Source: Entomortierella parvispora E1425
Taxonomy: Eukaryota; Fungi; Mortierellomycota
Direction of reading: 5' to 3'
Assembly: GCA_020891255.1 (NCBI GenBank)
Contig: BQFW01000008.1
Span: forward strand, 1,550,001 to 1,614,000
DNA length: 64,000 nucleotides
In this document: one piece after another, positions 11,259 to 22,877 of the stretch
Layout of the letters: each line of letters begins with the position of its first letter
Numbering within the stretch: position 1 is the first letter of the stretch
Program-made: the position numbers and the translations under genes
Notes under the pieces: model-generated
Database searches by the model: none
Told to the model about the DNA's origin: nothing
Seen by the model: the letters and a program-made list of their open reading frames with translations, nothing else

Positions 11259-13886
11259 CTACGTCGAGGCTGCATGAAGATCTGGGACCTTTTGCACAAT
11301 TGAATCCACGAGGGTGTTGCCGTTCAAGATCTGAGTCGTACAAATCACAAAGTCGCGTTGTCCACCCTCTTGCGAAGCAAGAAAACGTGTGGCCGAGATC
11401 TCTGTGAAAGTGCAACCGCCCAGGAAGAACACAAGGGAGATTCTAGGCTGGCCATTCATCCCTAATACAATGAGAAAAAGTGATGTCCAGTAAGCCATGG
11501 GGTTTTTTAGAACAAAAATTGAGACAAGCGGGTATTCAGACATATCACATCTCATCATCTTACTCTTGGACGATCTAGGCTGGCCGTCCTCTACTCTCTG
11601 TGTCTCATCAAATGTCCGCCCAGGGAGCATCCGCAACACATCTTCGAATCCTCTCCAGCCGTTCCCGCCTGCAATCCCGCCTCTATTTCCAGGTCCTTGT
11701 TTGCCACCTTCCTGTCCACGTTGGACCACACACTGCACCAGACGCACACTCAGAGGAGCGTATCCAGAGTAAACATATGAAATGTCATTGGGCGCATGTT
11801 CGTTCACCTCATCCACAATCAAGGAGAGGCTGCGACGGACAAGACCATAGGTGTTTTTGGTATTGACCTGTTTCGTCAGCATTCCGAGTTTTCGAAGTGA
11901 TTCGAGTGTGATGATGTGCTCAAAGCCATAGGTCTCCAAGATTTCCTTCTTGAAAAACTCGAATTGCTTCGCCTTGAGTCCGTTGTTGACGAGAGAGTAC
12001 AGGCAAAGTAGACGTAAAACCTGTGTCAGTGGTGCCTGCTTATTAATCATCTCCTCGATGTATTCTGGCTCCTTGTTTGTGGCGATTCCAGCAACAATAT
12101 CTAAAGCGTTACAAAATCCATCAAGCTGCATTAGCTTTCATTATCTTTTGATCGTCAGCGACAGGTCTTTTGTTCGAAAAAGAAGTCCATCACATACTCT
12201 GTTGGACTTCCAAGATTCGGTTGAAGTCATCTGTCATGGTGTAGTTCATGATTTCTTCGGCAAGCGCAGTGTCTATTACGATCAGGTTTGAAGCCGGTTA
12301 AGTGAGCATCGCAGTTGATGGCGGCAACCAGCAGTTCAGCTCCTGAGCTGGTTGGGTCACTTACGAAGTCGAAGAGACTGATGTTCTGCAGCAAGTCCTC
12401 CCATCTTGACAATGAATTGTCGAATCTGTGGTACAGTCTTTGCGTTGTGGCGTTCCTCGTAATCGGCGTTGATCCTTTTAGCTACTTTGTTCAACAAGCC
12501 TCCAACGACTGCGAAATTGAGATCACGAAGCTCTCCAAAGAGCTTGTCACCTCCATTGAGCGGGACCTTCTTGTTTTTCCCCGGAGCCGCTCCCGCTGAT
12601 GCCGATCCTCCTGCCGCATTGGTGCCTGTGCCAACTAGACTGGGATCGACTTCCACAAAGGCTATGAGAGCGTCCGTACAACCTGAAAGTCAGATGATCG
12701 AGTGCGGCGATATCACAACTAGACTTTCACATCAACCATTGCGACTTACAATTCTTGATATGGAATATCTCGTCAATAAGGCCTTCGTATGTCAGTTGCG
12801 TGCAAAGAGGCGTCACCATATCCACACTGCGGTCAATGATGATCAGCGAATCAATATTTTGGGACAGCTGCATCGTTTGGGATGCATCCAAATCATCCAC
12901 AGCCATCTCGCGCCTCATGCGAAGCATCATATCACACAGCGCTTTAGAATAGTCTCCCTTCCCAAGGATGCGAGGAAACAATCCATAGATTCCCTGAAGT
13001 CGCATCAGTGCTTTAGCCGCGTAATAAATAGACGTCGTGTCCTGCTCCAGATACAATTCTTTGAAGGTCGAGTCCCACTCCAGACTGAGTACATCATCCT
13101 CCAATGGGATCAAATCCAAATGATACTCTCCCTTTGTAATCTCGCCAAACACGCCTGCATCTTCCAGGTACTTCTCACAGAGTGCTGTGCGTCGAGGAAC
13201 AAAGAAAAGAGAATACGTGTACGCTCCTGACCGTGCTACTCGAGTATGGGTGTGAATGTGTTCTATAAAACAATAGCACGTATGCATTACGCCGTTAAAA
13301 TCGATAAGATGAAGTCTCGCCACAGTCCTGGATCCTTTTTGCTCAAAATGGGGGGTATCCAACTTGCCTGCAATATACTTCATGTAGTTGACTTGAGGTC
13401 TGCAAATGTAGATCAGGTTCTTGCAGTCTGTCTCCAATGGTCCAGGTTGAAGGTGATATATTTTCTCGACGCCATGGTCCTATCATTGATATAGGGTGGT
13501 TTGCAATGTTTAGTCCCGAGTCGTTGCTTGAACACGTCCAATCCTTTCGGAAACGGAACCGACATACCTTAAGAAGTGCAAATTCCGCAATGAGACTCAG
13601 CGGTCCACTGAGGTTAGGGTCGAGGATGAGACCCTTCTTGCCTTGAACCTGAATATAAAATCAGACGTGTGCACATATGTGTTGGTCAGAAAGAGTCTTT
13701 GCGAGGCAAAGAGAGCCATTTTTTAGTTTTTAGAAGGACCTGTACCGAATCAAGAACATTGACAAGTTCCTTCCGAGCAAGGTCCCTCAATGAGTCAATG
13801 TTCAGGGATGTGTGTCCGAGATGTGCGCCTGTGGGTTGCGCTGGGGTAGAAGCAGCGGCGACAGCAGCGGCTGTAGAGCTTGACAT
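11259..13886 (-). CDS. VPS33: Vacuolar protein sorting Vps33 (Sec1/Munc18 family), multi-exon
   Basis: Motifs LRDLARKELVNVLDSV, YSLFFVPRRTALCEKYLE, LIPLEDDVLSLE, LIIIDRSVDMVTPLCTQLTYEGLIDE, LFGELRDLNFAVVG, VLRLLCLYSL, YVYSGYAPLSVRLVQ and LVFFLGGCTFTEISA. An in-frame upstream ATG at 13952 is an alternative start. Confidence 0.96.
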
Positions 13887-14156
13887 TGTAGATGTGTTGT
13901 CGCCTCGGAATAACTTGCTGGGTCGACGGTTGGATGTGCTGCCAAGATGCATGCATGAGCGCGCGACTTTTGTGCTCCTCGGGTCTCTCGGTCACGTGGT
14001 GCCCCGTGACGAAGCAAGCTTTGAATCGCGCTTGTGGGCGGACACGCGCGCATGGTCAGGCCTCCCTTTTCCCCTTCTTCCTCTCGCACCTTTCTCTCCT
14101 CCTTCTCCCTTCTCTTCTCTTTTCTCAAGATATCACTTTCTTCCTCTATTATCTCC
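13887..14156. promoter_or_regulatory. Short divergent (probably bidirectional) promoter between VPS33 and the YhfC-like gene
   Basis: Head-to-head start codons lie 270 bp apart, with a CT-rich tract at about 14060-14155. Confidence 0.55.
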
Positions 14157-15565
14157 ATGCCCTCTAGTCCGACCCATCTGGATCCCTCCCGTACCCCTGT
14201 CGCCACAAGCCAGCCGTCATATGGATCCGTCTCCGCCAACCCCCAGGGGCCAGCTGTCATTCTAGGGGCTGGAGTTGGTTCAACGGTCGGGGAACTCTCT
14301 ACCACGAACCGATCCGTACATATCGTTGTCCCCTCTCGGAGTGGCCTCAGTGACAATGACAACAACGATGCCATCTCCATCTCAACAAAGTCCTCTTACT
14401 CGACCTATTCCTCCCTGCAAGACCTGGACGCTGCCTCTGGCAAGAGATCTTGCGACGACAATAGCGACAACGATGATGATAGTGACATCAATGCGAGCGC
14501 CCGGAGATTGTTTTGGATCTATGTGGCCTTGGCACCGATCCTGCTTTCCATCCTCGTCTTGTTTGCGGGTCTCCTCCAACTATTGCCAGCAAATGACCAA
14601 GAAGGATATCTCATTCATTGGGGTAAAAACACAAACAACACATTTTCAGATCTTCTCATTCCTAGAAAATGATGGCCCTGCAGTCTTCTTCTGTCCCAAC
14701 GGTACTAACATGTCGGTTGTCTTCCGGTTACTATGTCTTGCACCTTTCTTCCCCTCTCCTACTCGTCCTTCAATTTACAGACAGCTTTGGCGTGGGAGCC
14801 CTGGGCTGGATGTTCACATTTGGGTCAAGAACGCCGATTTTCGCTCTTCTTTCCAACATCCTGGAGCTGAATTCTTATTGCTGTGAATGGTACACGCTGG
14901 TCTTGGGCGCAGCTGTCGAAGAGATCACTCGATGGATCCTTTTGTCAGCCCTGAACATCCGAAGCGACTTTGGGGCTGTTTACTGGTTGGGACTCGGCTG
15001 GGCCGGCATGGAAACCATTTACTATATTGGACAATCACTAGTTTACTCACACTGGCTATCGGATGATGACTATCGCGCAGTAACTACAGCCACCTCTATC
15101 GGGGTTATGGACGCAATTCACCAACAGCAAGATGACGAGGGCGAAGAGGACGAGGAACGCAGGCTCGAGTCCATAACTCGCAAAGATCCTGAGAATGAGT
15201 TATTGCTACCAACAACGACAACAACGACAACGACTTCCACAGCTGCGGTCAGCCTGGATTCAGATGCAGGGGAAGAAGATGTCTCGACAAGAGAGGTGCG
15301 CCACCTGCTGGGGATCGACCGACCCTGGTGGAGTCTGATGGGTAGAACTTCAAGCATGATGGTTCATCTTGGACTCTGCGGGTGGTTGGGATATGGTGGC
15401 TGGAAGCTTTTGGTGCCCGCGGCGATGATTCACGCTGCTATTTATGTCCTATGGGGGGTCTTCATGCCAGGAAAGTGGTCAGTCCCGGCAGCTTCTTATG
15501 GAACGCTCATGACAGCCATGGCTATCTTTTTGATTGGATTAGCCCTGTACGGTCAAATTGTATAA
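14157..15565 (+). CDS. Multi-pass membrane protein of the YhfC/PrsW-like glutamic intramembrane protease (CPBP-like) superfamily; one intron (about 14623-14780)
   Basis: ATG 14157 (MPSSPTH). The splice TGG G/AC AGC gives IHWDSFGVGALGW. It has about 7-8 hydrophobic segments and the motifs AAVEEITRW, GLGWAGMET, RTSSMMVH and MIHAA, which match the EExxR / GxGxxxxE / H / H pattern. Confidence 0.72.
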
Positions 15566-15816
15566 TATTCTTCTCAAAAAAACAACAAACAAGCCCGTTT
15601 ATTGGGGCTGTAATGAGAGTGCGTGCACAACTAACTGGTCAATGAAATGGGCTAAGGGAAACGTGATATATCAATCGTTGGTTATGGGCTGTCTGCAGCA
15701 TCAGTGGCGGATGTCAGCCCAAGATCCTTCTTTGCGCCGCCTTCCAAATCAAATTCGGTCAAAAACTATATGATAAAGATGTAATTGTTAGCCAACATTA
15801 TCCATCTGTCAGTCTA

Positions 15817-18800
15817 TCAGTTTGCGTTTACAAAACGATACAAAGATTTGGACAATACCTTCTCCACTTCATCCAACAAATCATCACCCTCTCCATCCTC
15901 ATCGTCATCAAAGAACTCATCGTCTCCTTCGTCCTCATCGTCTTCGTTGGTATTGGGGTGTTCCTCTCCCTCATTAGTCTGATCTCTCTTGGTATCTGCC
16001 GAGGATGACGACGTTGAAGTATCCAACGTGGTGTTGTTCGATGTTGACGTAGAGGCCAAAGTCGAGGTCGATCCACTTGAAGACTTTGATACAGTGGAGG
16101 ACACTGCAGATCTGTTTCTGTTCTGGATTCCACCAGCGATGCTTCCGGCCAGTTTCCGTCCTTCAGAGAGAAGAGAGTCAAACACCTCGCGGGCAAAGAG
16201 GCCACGTTGACGGTCCAAGGGCTCCAACAGCTTGAACGAACTTGAGAACCCAGAGTCGAAAAACTTTTCGAGGGCCTCATCAGCCAACACCACCATACGA
16301 AAGCTGGGCAACGACATCTGGATTTCTGGCTCGTCCGCAGTCGTCACAGTATCTTCCTTTTCGCTTGCGGTGGTGGTGTCGGTTTCTTGAACAGATCTTT
16401 CGGAAGCAGCACTGTTGTCTGATTCATCATCCTTGGTCTCCTTATCCTCTTCAGAGGGATTGCCCAGATCAATCAAAGCCTCCTCGTCGCTTCCCTTCTT
16501 AGGAGACTCTACCTTTTCCGCAAACTCAAATGCGTTGCGGATAAAATTGGAAATGGCACTCAGATAAGAGTCGCCGTCATCAAACCGGAAGATGAACAAA
16601 AGGCTCTCTGACATGCCTAGAATCTCGTCACGACTGAGAGTACCATCCTTGTTGAGGTCATGCATATCAAAGAATAATTGCATCCTGGTCATCAAGTCAC
16701 CGTGGATGATGTCGCCTAGACCGGTCGTCACTTCCTGGAGCGACAGTAGGCCTGTACCGTTTTGATCAAACCGTTCGAAAAGGCGAGAGATAAAGTGTCG
16801 ACCCACGATTTTGCGACGTTCTCGGGTTGTGGAGGTGGTTGAAGTCGATCCTCGTCGGCGGTGTTGTTGAGGCGAGCCATTCGTAGGTCTGAAATCATCA
16901 TTGTCCATCTGATCATCCTCTACTTGGGCCCAATGGGCAATACTACCCAGGAACGACACAAATGTATTCGAGTCCAACGCACGCGCCTCCTGTTTGACTG
17001 AACCTCCACGTTGTTGACGACCATAGAACAAAGCAGAGTAGAACCGATCATAGATGACAGACATCTCATCCTTAGAGAATTTTCCAGGAGTAATGTTACG
17101 GAGCTGACTGCGTTTTGTGAAGCTTCCAATGTTGTGCACCACCTTCAATTGATGGTTTCGCCTCAGTTCTGCCACCAGTTCAGGAGTCACAGATTCGAAC
17201 TCCTTGTATGCTACCAACATAAGCTCATTGAACTTTGTCAAGGCCCTTGCCTTGGGGTTGGTGCTATTGGGGAACGCCGAATCGTCCAAAGTACCAAAGT
17301 ATTTTTTCAACACGTCCATGAACGCGCCATCATCTTTGGAGGCCAATAGTTCGTCGCCATTGACCTTAAGAATAGCTAATAGGACGAAGGATTAAGAGAG
17401 CAGTTGTCAGAATATAGCAAGGACATAGATCCTAGAGCACCCTTGGAATTGCCAAATAAATATACCTAAGCTGATCTGGAACAAAACCTTGGGTCCCTCA
17501 AAGAAAAAGCAATCCAAGACGCGGAATGCATAGACAAGTGGCATCGAGTTGATGAAGAGGCTTAGAAACCAGGGAAGACAGGCCACAGAGAGTTGGACGT
17601 CCACCTTCTTCAGGTGTTTGCTCAGAATTGGCATCGTCTTTTCCAGCAGGTGCTCAAGAATAGTCTGATCCAGCAAGGCACCGTACATGGAGGTACTGTA
17701 GTATCCAGGCAAGAGACGGTCGCAAAGAACGTTCAGCGTCCAGAAAGCCTGCTCCTCGCTCTGATAGCTATCAAATCAATGCGTGGTTATAGAATTAGAA
17801 TGGAAAACAGTTTTGGTCGTTTTCGACAGAGAAACTGAGTGCTTACATCAGAATGGCACTGGTAACAATGTTCATCGCTTGGCAGTATCCCAGATCAGGG
17901 TTTTTCCAAGCATACGCACTGAGCACATTACGGAGTCGGTTGATACCCTGGTTGGCCTGGTACGCTTGATATTCTGGCAATGATCTGAAAATAAAAGAGA
18001 GTTAATTATCTGAGCTTACAAAAAAAAAAAAAAAAAAAAAGGAAATAAAAGAGCACATATTGAGATATTGAGTTCGCGAGCCTTGCCTATTCAGATCCTT
18101 CTCAATCTCCTCCAATGACAATGACATTTTGCCTTCATTGTCTTTTAAAAGCCGAGTATATTCTCCAGGATTCATGGATCGAAGGTAGAGCGAACCACTG
18201 CATGCCTCCCAGATTTCACCTCGTAGTTTGTTGGGGAGTCCAACGCGGATGAGTTTTGGAAACGTGGCAACTTTGGTCATAGTCAAGTTACGGCCATTGT
18301 CCTTGAAATATTGCAGCCAGAGCTTAGTTTTGCTCTTGTTTTTCAGCCTGTAAAGCGAAACAATGATTAGTATTTCTAGTTCAGAAAGACATTTTTGAGC
18401 TGAGGAGTGAGGAGACTGTGCTTACTTTTTGGGGTCGCCTGGGAACTCAAAGATCCATCCGAGTCCAGAATCCTTCTCAGCTACATCAGGTCGGTCAGCA
18501 AGGAGCGCTTCAGAAAAGCAGGTAGCCAAAAAAGGCTTCAAGGACCTCATGGCCCTCACCTGCAGCTTCAGGTTGGTCTTTAGAGTCCCGCAGAACTTTT
18601 CGCACTGAGTGATGGGGCCATTCAAACGAAAGACGATTCTCATCTGATGCCAAGTCAGAATATTGAGTGCGTACATGGCGGTCCTAGAGTTCATTCGTTC
18701 GACCCGTCGAATAGTATAAAGTGGTAACACGAGTATACAGGGGTCGGCTTCCACGCAAATAAAGCACAGGAAAGACTCGGACATGTATAAACGACCATGG

Positions 18801-20296
18801 AACATATCGGTCTTGTCTCCTTGCACCATCGTTGCACTGGAATCTTCCATCATATGCTCCGACGTGGGCAAATTGAACCGAAGTTGAAACTGATTGTCCC
18901 TCTTTTGTTCCTCAAGACCCAATCGCAATGGTCGTGTCGTCGGTGCTGGTGAATGAGGAGAGTCGTTTCCGTCAAGATTTTCCACGTCTACAGAGAACAC
19001 GTCCTTGATCGTCTCGCCATCGTCTCCGTTTGACATTCCTGGCGCGTGTTCCAGAGCAGTGTTCCGTAAAAGACGTTCCATAGTGAGCGTAGTCAACTGA
19101 ACCAACATGTCGTATGTTTCATCTCGATGGAAGAGATTTGAGAAAAAGTACTAAGAATTACCAAGGTGCCCAAAAAAAAAAAAAAAAGAGGGAATAGTGA
19201 GCAAAGTTATCGCCACTCCACATTCCAGGTTATAATAAGCTTGACATCCATACCTCCTGAGAATCCTTCATAACCACTCGAATGGCATCCGCAAACACGC
19301 CACGTTTGCTCTTCTCCTTTTGCAAATCGCCAATATCTTTGAGCTCCAAAAAAATCTTGGTCTCCATGCCGAGCATGAACGAGTAGAAGCAGAGATAATT
19401 TTCCGAGATGTACATCCATCCTTGATTCATGACTCTGCCATGGTACGAGCACGAGTAGTAACTGACGAGGCGTTCAGAGGGCAGCACGTTAAAAGTCTGT
19501 CGGAACGCACGGGAGGCACTCCGGACCTTTTCGTCCGATGTGATATCGTCCGTTCCCTTGTCTATTAAGAGTGAGACCAATAAAATGTCAGTGTCCGTTC
19601 CTGCTGCATGGATGGATACATTTTTGTTTCCTTCAAACGGGCAGATCCCCTAGCCAGTCAGATGTGTAATACCTGCTCTCGTAACAAGAGACCTGATCTT
19701 TGTCAAGACCCACTCTTCTTTTTCCTGTGGGTCATCCAGCACCTGCAATCCAATAACGAAATTATCTAAGGGGTCATCAAATGAGAGGTTTTAGCCATGT
19801 TGTCTCGACTTCTTAAAAGCTCTCCAAACTGCGTCACTGCAATCCTACCTTGCACCCAGCTCCATGCCTGGTCGATGCTCTTTTGGGTTTCTGCCTCGCC
19901 AATCATCAATGCCTGGGCGTCGATCTGACGACGAAATAGGATGCGGAACGGAGCCTGCTTGGTGTCAAACCTATTGATGTGTCATATAGTAGGCTGTTAG
20001 CTATGCATTTGCAGCCAACGGCAGTGCGGACAATCTCTTCGCGGGACAACGGGAAGCTTGATTCCAGCGATAACGGCAGAGCAGACAGCACGGCATTCAC
20101 ACAGACTGATAGGAAGGTTCACTTACACATTCTGAATAGTTCCTAAGAACGAGTTCAGGAACTGGCTCTTGGAGGCCTTTGTACGTTGAAGCAAAAAGTT
20201 CTCGGTGGACTTGAGAGTGTCAAAGAGTGGATTGTTCTGATCGCATGGCGTGGGCAAGATGAAGACATGGGGCGGAGGTTTGAGATGGTACGCCAT
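15817..20296 (-). CDS. MDR1: GRAM-GRAM-TBC-EF-hand Rab GTPase-activating protein (Mdr1/Gyp2, TBC1D8/9 type), multi-exon
   Basis: N-terminus [19 protein letters not shown]1 [32 protein letters not shown]; GRAM2 [17 protein letters not shown] motifs [24 protein letters not shown] and [26 protein letters not shown]-hand [17 protein letters not shown]. Confidence 0.94.
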
Positions 20297-20873
20297 GGGT
20301 CGAGACGACGAGGGCGGAGATTGCATTGTTCTGTTGTTCTCTGTCTAGTTCTCTTTCTTGGTCACAACAGGGGGTGTTGCCGTGTCAAGAGTCAGCAAAG
20401 AGGGGACAACAAGGATGGAAGAAGGGAATGAATATGAACTGTGAACTGTTGGCGGCGAGACAAGGTTCTATTTATACAGTTGGGAGGGAGGAGCACCACG
20501 GGTGTTTAGATGGGCCTTTGTCTGCAGGGATTGCAAGACTACACAGCGAGATGGCGCAGAGGAACGATGGCGAAAGAAGCAAGTCAGTCGAGGCAAGAAG
20601 GGAGGCAGACTGACGGACGCGAAGAGAGGAGAGAGCGAGACAAGGGGGAAAGAGGAGCGAGCGAAGGAAAGAAGAAAGTGCAAGAAAGTGCTCTTTGACC
20701 AGACACGAAAGAGAAGAAAAAAAAGAAAAGGAAGAAAGTATGGCGGCGCGCGTCACAGCGACTTATTGGAGTTCATTTCTGACTTTTTTTTTTTTTATTT
20801 TTTTTCATATGTAAGATGATTTTACTTTGTTTTTACACTGTGCTTGTGTTGGCCATGTAGCGCCACCGCTCCC

Positions 20874-22136
20874 TTAGTACTCGCGCCCATTCTCGTCTTT
20901 GCCATGGTCCAACGCGTCGTGCTCGTCGTCGGTTGTAAGACCGGCAGGGGCCTGGGTGTTTGTCCGGGTCGCATGCTCCTTTCGCAGCCTTGTCACCATC
21001 TTGGTCCAGGATGTCGACTTTACTTCCCTATCCAATTGATCAATCACATTGTCCGCGGACTGACCCGTCAAGGCTGTCAGCCGTCGGACCTCCCTGATGA
21101 TGACCAGGCGATTGGAGTAAAACTTTCGCTCCTTGATGCTCGTCCGCCACTTCGTACCATGTTTCTTGTCCATTTGTTCAACTGACGGCAGTAAAGGAGA
21201 GAGGCCTATGGTCCATTCATTCCATGCTTCACGGACAGTGTCGATCCCGCGACTCATCTCGTACGTATCCGGTACCAGCTCCGCGGGTAGGCGTGCATGT
21301 TCGTTCGCGGCCGTCAAGTCGATAACGGGTTGATGAGAGGAGCTGCCACCATTAGTGCTGGAGAATTCTTGATCTGTAGTTCTCGCCTGCGACAACATTT
21401 TCCCTCTACTGCTGAAGGTCTTTGCTTGGCCCTCTCTCTGAGTTGTCAAGCCAGAGGCCGGGGTGATTGTCGAGGCAGTGGTAGCGGGTCGGATGCTAAA
21501 AGTGCCATTATGACTTACAACAGCAGTACGCGGTACAATGTTTCGCGATGCTGACGCTGGTGATGGTGAAGGCGAAGACGGGGATGAAGAGGAAGATGAG
21601 GAAGAAGGGATTCCTATGACGGAATTTGCGTCTGCCAATCTAATCCTTTTGCGAGCAGTTTCTATTGCTTGAGATATCGAGCTCGTCGATCCAGCCATGA
21701 TACGCTCCATCGATGTAATGGACTGTTCTGAGGGTCGTTGCAGTGACGAACTTGCTGCGCCATGGCCAGGTTGCTGAAGCTCGTTTGTGTTGAGTGATCC
21801 TTGAAGTGCATACGACTCGGCAAAAGAGTCCAAAACGTTCTTGAGCGAATCAGCCTCACGTGTGGATTTTTCCAGTGCATCATTGAGAGCGTCAGAGATA
21901 TTCTGAATAGCCTGTTGTGCCACTTGAAGAGTCTCTGTCTTGATCCTCTGTTGCTCCTGAAAATACCCAAAAGCTTTTTGAAAGAACTCTAGCTGAGCAG
22001 CACGCGTTTGTGCCGATTCCTCTCGAATCACATTCACAAGTTTAATGAACGGGTCGTCCTCTGCAGACGCATCAGTGTGGGATGCTGGCGCAATTCCAGT
22101 GGGGCGTGATCGTGATTTCTCCTGAGGTTGGGGCAT
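20874..22136 (-). CDS. Intronless 420-aa protein with a C-terminal GCR1_C DNA-binding domain (Gcr1/Msn1/Hot1/Crypton type)
   Basis: YEMSRGIDTVREAWNEWTIGL..PSVEQMDKKHGTKWR...ERKFYSNRLVIIREV fits the remembered GCR1_C consensus. It also has an N-terminal predicted coiled coil and a central S/T-rich linker. Confidence 0.85.
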   Translation of the reverse strand: MPQPQEKSRSRPTGIAPASHTDASAEDDPFIKLVNVIREESAQTRAAQLEFFQKAFGYFQEQQRIKTETLQVAQQAIQNISDALNDALEKSTREADSLKNVLDSFAESYALQGSLNTNELQQPGHGAASSSLQRPSEQSITSMERIMAGSTSSISQAIETARKRIRLADANSVIGIPSSSSSSSSPSSPSPSPASASRNIVPRTAVVSHNGTFSIRPATTASTITPASGLTTQREGQAKTFSSRGKMLSQARTTDQEFSSTNGGSSSHQPVIDLTAANEHARLPAELVPDTYEMSRGIDTVREAWNEWTIGLSPLLPSVEQMDKKHGTKWRTSIKERKFYSNRLVIIREVRRLTALTGQSADNVIDQLDREVKSTSWTKMVTRLRKEHATRTNTQAPAGLTTDDEHDALDHGKDENGREY

Positions 22137-22244
22137 GATGCCGTGGTTCTTGGTTACAATGGTCTTGCCAATTTAAATGAATTTGGCGCGCTCGAGAGTG
22201 AAGAAGTTGGTCACGTGCGTTTATTTCAAAAAAAAAAATGGCCA

Positions 22245-22877
22245 TCATGACTCAATGCTGACTGTGTGAAAGCCAACGAGGAACTGGTCGACCCATCCAA
22301 GGACCCAGATGTGAACCCTGGTCGATGAAGCAACTGTGACCCTGTACAGTGCCAAGAGTCCCTCTTCTTCCTCCTTGTCTCCTGTTTGGGTTGCAATATG
22401 TTGTGATCCTATGGCGTGATAATGAAAAATGTCCCGAAGAGCGTGCTCTATCTTTTTAGCCCCAGGGTGGGTGTTGGCAAGGACTTGCTTCAGGTCGAAG
22501 GTCCTCTCACAAGAGAGCTCTTCTACGTCATCGTCCTCCGAGATAAGGTGCATTTCCTCGATTAGCTGCAGGAACTCGGCCTCGGTCGGTAGTGGCAAAC
22601 TGCTGGAAGACGGAGTGGCGGCGTGTTCTTTGGGGATGTGAACAATTTCGAAGGGCTCCTCTCCTTCAGAGACAAAGATGGCATCCTCAAGAGCGACCTC
22701 CAGGGTCTTGATCGCGCGACGCTGGTTGTCAGATAGTGTGGAGGCTGAAGAGTTGGAGTCTATCTTTTTTTGGCTGTTGGTTTTTGCAGCGACCAAGGGC
22801 TTTGCACCCACGCCTGGGATGTCGCGTGTCAGTAGGGACATGTAAGCGATGTCGTCCTTGTTCTGTTCTTGGTCCAT
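22245..22877 (-). CDS. Intronless 210-aa NuiA-like (nuclease A inhibitor-like) protein
   Basis: ATG at 22877 (MDQEQNKDD). LEVALEDAIFVSEGEEPFEIV resembles NuiA LKQASDGLLFMSESEYPFEV. The C-terminus LYRV..VHIWVLG..LVGFHTVSIES* resembles VYRLG..LDVYVIG..LAGISTKVVET* (NuiA recalled from memory). Confidence 0.8.
   Translation of the reverse strand: MDQEQNKDDIAYMSLLTRDIPGVGAKPLVAAKTNSQKKIDSNSSASTLSDNQRRAIKTLEVALEDAIFVSEGEEPFEIVHIPKEHAATPSSSSLPLPTEAEFLQLIEEMHLISEDDDVEELSCERTFDLKQVLANTHPGAKKIEHALRDIFHYHAIGSQHIATQTGDKEEEEGLLALYRVTVASSTRVHIWVLGWVDQFLVGFHTVSIES

Noticed and set aside
11462-11563. 102-nt in-frame stop-free intron in VPS33
   Set aside because: It falls in a poorly conserved linker and short 3n introns lacking stops occur by chance; there is no sign of function.
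12469-13230. 253-aa plus-strand ORF
   Set aside because: Antisense to VPS33 exons; no independent features.
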